IMG/VR virus record: IMGVR_UViG_3300025736_000010 | Coordinates: 48,897-112,896 of that record | DNA from: a virus | DNA: 64,000 bases | Strand: one strand, 5' to 3' | In this document: positions 8,790-15,816 of the stretch, one piece after another | How positions within the stretch are numbered: position 1 is the stretch's first letter | How the letters are laid out: each line of letters begins with the position of its first letter | Made by a program: the position numbers and the translations under genes | The notes under the pieces: generated by a model | The model's database searches: none | Seen by the model: the letters and a program-made list of their open reading frames with translations, nothing else | Told to the model about the DNA's origin: nothing

Positions 8790-9928
8790 TTAATATCTTG
8801 ATGTGTATATCTACAGAGCAAGACATAGAATCTCCGTCAATGGGATCGGAACGCGAAATGCTTGGCTATTCCGAGGCTTTAGCGGAAAGGGGGCACGTAG
8901 TATCAATTGTAAACGTACTTAGAGCGGCTCCTGACTGGAACATTGATTATGATGTTTGTCATCTGGTAAATGCAGGTGGATGGAAAGGCGCACCGATTCT
9001 AACAGCGCAAATGTGCAAGTTAAAAGGAATACCAGTTGTGATTTCTCCTGTCTACTGGCCCACAGATGAGATGCAGCGTGAAATCGCGGAAAAGTTCAAA
9101 AAAAATCCAGAACTTGTATCAGACCAATTTGGCGCACATCTACAAGGCGTTAAGAGCATGTTGGAAGAGGCTGATTGGTTGTTGCCAAACGCTGAAATTG
9201 AGATGGACAGAGTAGCAGAATTATTGTATGGCGATACATCAAATCTTTATGACGATGAAATAGATCAAATTGGATATACAGTTATCAGCAACGGTGTTGA
9301 TGTTGCGAACGAAACAGACATGGCGCTCCGCCTTAACTACGAGGAATTGCTATTTGACGATAGCCTTGAGGATATTCTAGCAGATAGATTTATTCTATGC
9401 GTTGGCAGGGTCGAAATTAGGAAAAACCAAGCATCTCTCGTCGAAGCGATGAAACCACTGTGGGAAGAAGATCCAGACCTACAGTTAGTATTGATGGGGG
9501 CAAAGTCAATACCATACGTAGATTACATCAAGGAAGAGATTAAAGGCAAGAATATTCTATTTTGTCCTCCAGGCCCTCCTGTAGCTGTTGCTAAGATGAT
9601 GCGTAGATGTGCCGTCCATGTTCTAGTATCGCTCATCGAAACTCCGGGATTAGTGAACCTAGAAGCTGCTGCCCTCAACAAACCTATCGTCGTAGCAGAC
9701 CGTGGTTCTGTCTCTGAGTATTTTGGCAGCGAACCAGGGGTCTTCTACTGCGATCCATTTGATATCGAAGGAATGACTTTTGCATTACGAGGCGCGTTGA
9801 AAATGAAGGAAGCCAATGTTCTTGGTGATTTTGTACGTAAAACGTATTCACACGCTAAGATTGCTGGTGATATCGAGGCAGTTTACGAGAAAGTTATTGC
9901 CTCAACGCGAAAAGGAAACATTAAATGA
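8789..9928 (+). CDS. Glycosyltransferase family 4 (GT-B), probable ATT start
   Basis: VGRVEIRKNQ; ETPGLVNLEAA (EX7E); NILMC N-terminus. Confidence 0.85.
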   Translation: MNILMCISTEQDIESPSMGSEREMLGYSEALAERGHVVSIVNVLRAAPDWNIDYDVCHLVNAGGWKGAPILTAQMCKLKGIPVVISPVYWPTDEMQREIAEKFKKNPELVSDQFGAHLQGVKSMLEEADWLLPNAEIEMDRVAELLYGDTSNLYDDEIDQIGYTVISNGVDVANETDMALRLNYEELLFDDSLEDILADRFILCVGRVEIRKNQASLVEAMKPLWEEDPDLQLVLMGAKSIPYVDYIKEEIKGKNILFCPPGPPVAVAKMMRRCAVHVLVSLIETPGLVNLEAAALNKPIVVADRGSVSEYFGSEPGVFYCDPFDIEGMTFALRGALKMKEANVLGDFVRKTYSHAKIAGDIEAVYEKVIASTRKGNIK

Positions 9929-11574
9929 GGGCCGCACTTTTAACAAACCAACTATTTTTATGGGAAAACCCAAACGAACTAGCAATAGGCGGAGGAGAAC
10001 GGTTTTCGCTACAGTTTGCGCAATTGCTATTAGATCTTGGATACGAAGTTCATATATATCAGTATTCTCCGGTAGGATTTGACAAAATGCACAATGGAAC
10101 GCACGTTCACGGCATTCCTAATTTCAAAGGCGACGGACTATTGTGGACTGGAATGTGCGATTACTTTTACGATTACACGAAGCGCTTTGATCGTGTGTTT
10201 ATTAATCTTCCTGATTTCGCGGCTGGTAAAGTTCGCGGCGACGCAACGCTAATTACGCACGGGGTTCTCTGGTGCAATAAGCCAGTCGGCGAACTACCTG
10301 ACGATAAGAAAGAAAAACTTTGTAAGATATGGAGCAAGGTTTATAAGAATGTTGTCGTCCATGAATTTACGAGAGAAACAATTCGAGAACTTGGGTTAGA
10401 CGATGTTGCAGATAAGATAGTTTGCATAGGTAACTATGTTGATACAGATATATTTAAGCCAGCCAATAAGAAGCCAATTATTATATTTCCTGGCAGAGCG
10501 GAGGTTTTCAAGGGGACAGGACTAATGCAGGAAGTACTTGAGCGTCTTTCTGATACTGGTTGGGAGGTGGCGTGGGTTGGGGATGGAGCACAGTTTGATA
10601 AACTAAAGACGCTGGAAGACAAGTATAGTAATTTTAGCGCAATAAGCGTTCCTTTAGACACAATGCATGAAGTTTATTCACACGCATCAATATGTATGGT
10701 GTTTAATATATCATCTCGCGGTAACAGCTTGACGTTGATGGAGAGCATGGCTAGCGGTTGTGCGTGTATCGGAATTGACGGCGGAACAACGCTTATAGAA
10801 GATAAAGTAAACGGATTGTTGTGTAAGCCTAATGCGCAGGATGTGGCTGACAAAATTAAGCAGTTAATTGCAGATGAGGATCTACGCAACAGGCTTGGTT
10901 TTCAAAGCCGGAAAGACATTATTAGCGAACACAACAAAGAAAAGTGGGAAAGAGAATGGATTAATGTAATAGATGGAGAGGGAGGAAATATGACAGACAT
11001 TTACCAAGAACGCTATGTAAAGCACCAAGAGGCTAAGAAGAATATGACGGCTACAGATAAAAAGCCAGAATACACAGACACAGAGATTATGACGCTATTT
11101 AAGGTAATGCACGAACGCAGAAGCCAGAGATTGTTTAACGATGACAATATAGATACAGACAGGCTAAAGGGTATTATGAAAGCCGCAGAACTTGCTCCTT
11201 CTTCATGTAATCGCAAAGCCGTTAGGGCAGAATTGATTAGGTCGGAACATGATATATCGTTGTTGTCGAAGCTTCTTGTAGGTGGATCTGGTTGGTTAGA
11301 AAATGCGAACGCTGTTGTGTTGTTGCTTGCTGATATGGCCGCATATAAATCGCCAGCAGAGGTTGGGTTTATGCCGTTTCTTGACGCAGGCGTGATTGCG
11401 CAGAATATCTATCTTATCGGTGAGGCTCTTGGCGTTGGTGCGTGTTTCGTTAATCCAAATATTCGCGAGGCTGACAAGGAAGAATTTGATTCGTCGTTTT
11501 TGCCAGATGGATATCGATTCTGTGGAGCACTTGCTCTTGGGAATTATGATTTAAGGGAGGCAAAGCACGCTTGA
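9925..11574 (+). CDS. GT4 glycosyltransferase in frame with a nitroreductase domain
   Basis: GGGER, PGRAEVFKG, SLTLMESMASG; then RRSQR.F, APSSCN, DAGVIAQNIYL nitroreductase motifs; internal GGAGG+ATG at 10990. Confidence 0.85.
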   Translation: MRAALLTNQLFLWENPNELAIGGGERFSLQFAQLLLDLGYEVHIYQYSPVGFDKMHNGTHVHGIPNFKGDGLLWTGMCDYFYDYTKRFDRVFINLPDFAAGKVRGDATLITHGVLWCNKPVGELPDDKKEKLCKIWSKVYKNVVVHEFTRETIRELGLDDVADKIVCIGNYVDTDIFKPANKKPIIIFPGRAEVFKGTGLMQEVLERLSDTGWEVAWVGDGAQFDKLKTLEDKYSNFSAISVPLDTMHEVYSHASICMVFNISSRGNSLTLMESMASGCACIGIDGGTTLIEDKVNGLLCKPNAQDVADKIKQLIADEDLRNRLGFQSRKDIISEHNKEKWEREWINVIDGEGGNMTDIYQERYVKHQEAKKNMTATDKKPEYTDTEIMTLFKVMHERRSQRLFNDDNIDTDRLKGIMKAAELAPSSCNRKAVRAELIRSEHDISLLSKLLVGGSGWLENANAVVLLLADMAAYKSPAEVGFMPFLDAGVIAQNIYLIGEALGVGACFVNPNIREADKEEFDSSFLPDGYRFCGALALGNYDLREAKHA

Positions 11575-11599
11575 CAAACTCCGAAAAATAGTGTATAAT
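11571..11599 (+). promoter_or_regulatory. Sigma70 promoter with no ORF before the next hairpin and promoter
   Basis: TTGACAAAC...AATAGTG TATAAT. Confidence 0.8.
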
Positions 11600-11666
11600 C
11601 ACTAACGTTACTCTTCTTTGTTGCTCCCGGCCCTGAGAAATCGGGGCCTCTCCTTTGTTAATACAC

Positions 11667-11695
11667 TTGACTTTTACACAAAAATATGTTATAAT
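11667..11695 (+). promoter_or_regulatory. Sigma70 promoter
   Basis: TTGACT-17 nt-TATAAT with TG extension. Confidence 0.8.
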
Positions 11696-11718
11696 AGGTT
11701 AATAAGGAGAGTGAAAAT

Positions 11719-12231
11719 ATGAAAGCAAGTGAACTAAGAAAGAAGATCAGTGTAAAGTATGCAGAGGGTATTGTTAAGACGGATGATGGCAAAGAGGTAG
11801 TTGTTCGATTTCCGTTGTTAACATCCGGTGACTGGGGAGAGTTCAAGGACATGACATCCATTGATATCTGGGATCTCTTGCTTTCCGTCAGTGCAGGCTC
11901 GGACAGTGCGAAAGTTGCCGATATGAACGAAGATGAATTGGCAGAGCATCAGAAAGAGACAAGTATTAATCTGCTTAAGAAGATCGATCAGAAGTCGCAG
12001 ATTGTTATGATCTATCTATCTCTAAGACGAGATGACGAAGAAGTAGAAATGGACGACGTTGACTGGATTGTGTCATACGGTATGAATCAGTCGGAATACA
12101 TCAAGATTGTTAACTTCTTGCTATACGGCGTAACTTCTGAGCAAGTAAAGGATCTCCAGGAAGACGGTGATACAAAAAACGAGCCAAAGGACAAGACGGC
12201 CAAAGTTGGGGATACGGAGGAAGATCTATAA
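11719..12231 (+). CDS. Tail assembly chaperone (lambda gpG-like)
   Basis: Acidic 170 aa between tube and tape measure genes; slippery A AAA AAC near 3' end. Confidence 0.75.
   Translation: MKASELRKKISVKYAEGIVKTDDGKEVVVRFPLLTSGDWGEFKDMTSIDIWDLLLSVSAGSDSAKVADMNEDELAEHQKETSINLLKKIDQKSQIVMIYLSLRRDDEEVEMDDVDWIVSYGMNQSEYIKIVNFLLYGVTSEQVKDLQEDGDTKNEPKDKTAKVGDTEEDL
12174..12180 (+). promoter_or_regulatory. Programmed -1 frameshift slippery site
   Basis: A AAA AAC in frame; the -1 frame is open for 36 codons and joins ORF 12288..12572. Confidence 0.85.
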
Positions 12232-12572
12232 GTTGGGGCGGAATTAAGATATTCTTCGGAAAGTGGTATGGAATAAAAGAGGAGGATATGTGCCAGATGT
12301 ATTGGAGCGAGATTCTTGATAACGCTCAGGGCGTAATGATACTTGAGGGAATCGAGAACTCGCGCCAAGCTCTTCCGATGACAGATGCTTCTGGAATGAT
12401 GTCGTTTAGGACTCAGCAAAAAGAACAGATGAAAGGAATCTGGGAAATAATGTTCCCACATTCTGTGCAATATCATGAGGAAGAGGCAGAAAAGCTACAA
12501 GCGTTCAAGAGCAGGAAAGAGATGTATCAGAAGATGGCTGACGATATAAATCGGAAGAGGGGTATAAAGTAG
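12180..12572 (+). CDS. gpT-like frameshift extension of tail chaperone
   Basis: Open -1 frame from the slippery site. Confidence 0.75.
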   Translation, partial: RAKGQDGQSWGYGGRSISWGGIKIFFGKWYGIKEEDMCQMYWSEILDNAQGVMILEGIENSRQALPMTDASGMMSFRTQQKEQMKGIWEIMFPHSVQYHEEEAEKLQAFKSRKEMYQKMADDINRKRGIK

Positions 12573-12583
12573 ATTAGTGCGCC

Positions 12584-12734
12584 TTGACAAACGGCTGTTG
12601 ATAGTGTATAATATCGGTGTCGTCTAGGAGACTTGACACTCCAGGATGATACGTATAATATCATTACTTGACAGGAGCCTCGTTATAGCGGGGCTTTTGT
12701 CTTGCTTGACAAACGTTGGGGAATAGTGTATAAT
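12584..12734 (+). promoter_or_regulatory. Stack of tandem promoters with a hairpin
   Basis: TTGACA/TATAAT at 12584-12612 and 12706-12734 (17 nt), 12633-12659 (15 nt); hairpin GACAGGAGCCTCG/CGGGGCTTTTGTC. Confidence 0.75.
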
Positions 12735-12760
12735 GGTTAATATACGAAGCACAAGGGAGA

Positions 12761-13003
12761 GTGATCGACATGCGAAAAGAAGAGTTGGACTATAATGCAG
12801 ATGATGTAGCATTGATTGGAGAGCGAGAAATAGCTGGCGGAGTATTTGAGATAACTGGTGGTATTGGTCGCTGGATTGAAGTTAACTTAGATGGGAAGGG
12901 AGAAGCACACACTGATTTTCAACGCACAAATATAAAGAGAGACGAATACGGGATAATAATTCTGGAATTTACAGAAATGCTAGATAAATATATCGTTGTT
13001 TAG
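12761..13003 (+). CDS. Hypothetical protein
   Basis: Promoter and RBS upstream. Confidence 0.55.
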   Translation: MIDMRKEELDYNADDVALIGEREIAGGVFEITGGIGRWIEVNLDGKGEAHTDFQRTNIKRDEYGIIILEFTEMLDKYIVV

Positions 13004-13014
13004 CGGGGAGATAT

Positions 13015-14016
13015 ATGGCTAAACGTGTAACTGATGAAGAGAGGGTTAAGATTCTGAGTATGCGCGAACAAGGGATGACATATAAAGCGATTGGTTTAGA
13101 GATTGGAAGGGGGAGAACAACAGTTGCCTCTGTGTGCGATCCTAAATATAAGGCTTATGCAAAAGCATACGGACAGTCACCAGAGCGCAAGGAAAAACAA
13201 AAGGCACGAAGAGCAACGCCAGAATATAAAGCTTATGCTAAAGAGTACAACCAAAGGCCAGAGCAAAAGGCGTATATGAAAGCGTATCGGCACACCCCTC
13301 GTTATAAAGATGCGAGAAGTTTGTATATGAAGGAATATAAGGACTCTAAGGAGTTCAAGGAGTCTCGCAAGAAATATCGAGAATCGCCAAAAGGAAAGGC
13401 TACTATAAGAGCTTACGAACAATCTGCGAGCAGGAAGGCACATAGGTCAGCTTATGGAAAAGAATATTGGCAAAGACCGGAAGTTAAAGCAGCCAACATT
13501 GCATACAATCAATCTCCTGGGCGCATAGCTTATAGGCAATCGCAAAGACATAAAGATCTAAAGGCTGCCTACGGGAAAGAATATCGCCAAAGGCCAGAGG
13601 TCAAGGCAGCCAGAGAAGCTTATCAACAATCACCAGAATATAAAGCATTTATGAGCGACTATCAAAGGGGTCCTGGGCGGTTAGCGCATAACCTGCGCTC
13701 AAGGCTAACATCGGCAATTTATAGCGACCAAGCTGCTGGCGGCGCAATAGACGATCTTGGATGTACTATAGATGAACTAAGGGAATATCTTGAATTGCAA
13801 TTTAAGCCGGGGATGTCTTGGGACAACTGGGCTTTGGATGGCTGGCACATTGACCATATCCGCCCGCTAGCATCATTTGATCTTACAGACCGCGCTCAAT
13901 TTTTGGAGGCGTGCCACTACACAAACTTGCAGCCATTATGGGCAGAGGAGAATTGGAGCAAGGGCGACAGGTTGGATGTTGATGAGCATAAAATCACAGA
14001 CAACGGAGGTGATTAA
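13015..14016 (+). CDS. HNH-type homing endonuclease with N-terminal HTH and helical repeats
   Basis: YxQSPExK repeats; LGCTIDEL...GMSWDN...WHIDHIRPL...CHYTNLQPLW..EN. Confidence 0.8.
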   Translation: MAKRVTDEERVKILSMREQGMTYKAIGLEIGRGRTTVASVCDPKYKAYAKAYGQSPERKEKQKARRATPEYKAYAKEYNQRPEQKAYMKAYRHTPRYKDARSLYMKEYKDSKEFKESRKKYRESPKGKATIRAYEQSASRKAHRSAYGKEYWQRPEVKAANIAYNQSPGRIAYRQSQRHKDLKAAYGKEYRQRPEVKAAREAYQQSPEYKAFMSDYQRGPGRLAHNLRSRLTSAIYSDQAAGGAIDDLGCTIDELREYLELQFKPGMSWDNWALDGWHIDHIRPLASFDLTDRAQFLEACHYTNLQPLWAEENWSKGDRLDVDEHKITDNGGD

Positions 14017-14017
14017 C

Positions 14018-14275
14018 GTGAACCTTAAAATTCTTGTTAAGGACGACTACTACAAGGGCGTATTTATTGACGGAGAGCCAATTCCAGAAGTCTATTTAGT
14101 TGAAATTAAAATAGCTACTCCTAGCGACGATAGTAACACTATCAAGGTATATCGCTACAAGAAAGAAAACGACAAAATTGTCATAGTAGATGATGAAGCA
14201 GTAACAATCATCGACGAGTACTTGGTTAAGGGCGAGATTGTCTTTGATACGGAAGTAATTCCAGTAGAAAAATAG
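14018..14275 (+). CDS. Hypothetical protein
   Basis: GGAGGTG RBS before GTG at 14018. Confidence 0.55.
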   Translation: MNLKILVKDDYYKGVFIDGEPIPEVYLVEIKIATPSDDSNTIKVYRYKKENDKIVIVDDEAVTIIDEYLVKGEIVFDTEVIPVEK

Positions 14276-14286
14276 AGGGGGCAGAC

Positions 14287-14670
14287 ATGAGTGATAAAAT
14301 AAGGGTGTATACGAAAAATGCGCCAAGTTTAGAAAGCCTGCAAGAGATGCAAGCGACACGTGACTGTTTAGAGGATGAAGCCGATGAGATTGCAGAACAA
14401 ATAAGGTCGGCGGAGGCCGTATATCACAAGACCAGAGTATTTGCTGACCCAGATTGGTATTGCCGTGCTAAGAACGCTCTCAAGATTAAGCGCAAAATGA
14501 AGGCCCGCCTTGATCGAACTATTAGCCTGCATCGGAAATCTGAGAGCGAGAAAAAGTCAGCTACCTTTGAGCGATTCTTTATCGAAGAGGCTCGCAGTGT
14601 CTTGTCAACCGAGGAATTCGACAGCATAATTGAATCTACAAAACGAAGAACAGACGTAAGCCAACTTTAG
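14287..14670 (+). CDS. Hypothetical helical protein
   Basis: GAGGGG RBS; clean ORF. Confidence 0.55.
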   Translation: MSDKIRVYTKNAPSLESLQEMQATRDCLEDEADEIAEQIRSAEAVYHKTRVFADPDWYCRAKNALKIKRKMKARLDRTISLHRKSESEKKSATFERFFIEEARSVLSTEEFDSIIESTKRRTDVSQL

Positions 14671-14718
14671 ATAAGACACAAGCGTAGTCCCTACTTTCTT
14701 GATGCATCTCCTTTCACT

Positions 14719-14747
14719 AGGCTTCGGGTAAAACCGAGGCCTTTTTC
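14719..14747 (+). terminator. Rho-independent terminator
   Basis: AGGCTTCGG/CCGAGGCCT followed by TTTT. Confidence 0.8.
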
Positions 14748-14760
14748 TATGTAAATACAC

Positions 14761-14789
14761 TTGACTTTTCCCCTAATATATGGTATAAT
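14761..14789 (+). promoter_or_regulatory. Sigma70 promoter
   Basis: TTGACT-17 nt-TATAAT with TG extension. Confidence 0.8.
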
Positions 14790-14876
14790 AGTAAGAATAG
14801 AAGAATAGCGCAAAGAAAGAACGTAAGCGAATAAGAGGGATGTTTGATAAAAAATGGGGAGAGGGGTATCGAATAG

Positions 14877-15815
14877 ATGGGCGTAAAAAGAGTAACGCCG
14901 GAAGAAAGCGCCTTAATGATAACTGCATACGAGAATGGAGCTACTGGGAAAGAAGCTGCTGCTCTTTGCGGTAAGTCTACACGTACATTTTATGGCGTTC
15001 TGAGAAGGGCTGGTAAAGAGTCTAGAGGCAATAGGAAGTATTCGCTCGACGAGGACTTCTTTGGGGTTATAGACTCTGAAGAGAAGGCATACTGGTTGGG
15101 ATTTATAGCCGCTGATGGCGGGGTTTATAAGCGCACGCTTGAAATTACATTAAAATCATCCGACGTAGGACATTTAAGAAAATTTGCCTCTGCTATTAAT
15201 TCAGATTGCCCAATCAAAGGGATTAGAAAAGATGGAATAATAACAAAATATAGAATACGAATAAACTCGGTGAAGGTTGTAAAAGATCTGAGTATGCTTG
15301 GGATCGTTCCGAATAAAACTTTCATTGTGCGCCCAACACCGGGCATTTCAAAATCTCTGTTAAGACATTATTGGAGAGGAGTAGTAGATGGGGATGGTTG
15401 TTTGCGTATTTTTAAAAGCCATCGATCTACTGGCAAATTACAGGCACGAGTTGCACTTGCTGGTAGTTTTTGGATAGTCGATGGGTTTAGAGAGTTTGTT
15501 TTGGGGTTTACGAATTCGCGTACAAAGCCATATAAAAAGGAAAACATATTTCAAATAGATTATTGTGGCCTCGGGCTTCCGCAAAATATTGTGTCTGTGT
15601 TATATAGCAATGTGCGTATCGCGCTAGACAGAAAAGACGATCTTGCAAAACAAATATTAGCATTAAAAAAGTTTGAATCAAAATATATTCATATAACAAA
15701 AGATATTATTCTTTCCGCATATAAGGATGCAGGGAGTTGGAAGGGTGCTGCCCGCAAACTAGCAATTCCAGAGACAAGCTTGTGTCGTATCCGCGACAAT
15801 CTTATGGTGATATAA
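14877..15815 (+). CDS. Free-standing LAGLIDADG homing endonuclease
   Basis: AYWLGFIAADG and HYWRGVVDGDG motifs. Confidence 0.9.
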   Translation: MGVKRVTPEESALMITAYENGATGKEAAALCGKSTRTFYGVLRRAGKESRGNRKYSLDEDFFGVIDSEEKAYWLGFIAADGGVYKRTLEITLKSSDVGHLRKFASAINSDCPIKGIRKDGIITKYRIRINSVKVVKDLSMLGIVPNKTFIVRPTPGISKSLLRHYWRGVVDGDGCLRIFKSHRSTGKLQARVALAGSFWIVDGFREFVLGFTNSRTKPYKKENIFQIDYCGLGLPQNIVSVLYSNVRIALDRKDDLAKQILALKKFESKYIHITKDIILSAYKDAGSWKGAARKLAIPETSLCRIRDNLMVI

Positions 15816-15816
15816 T

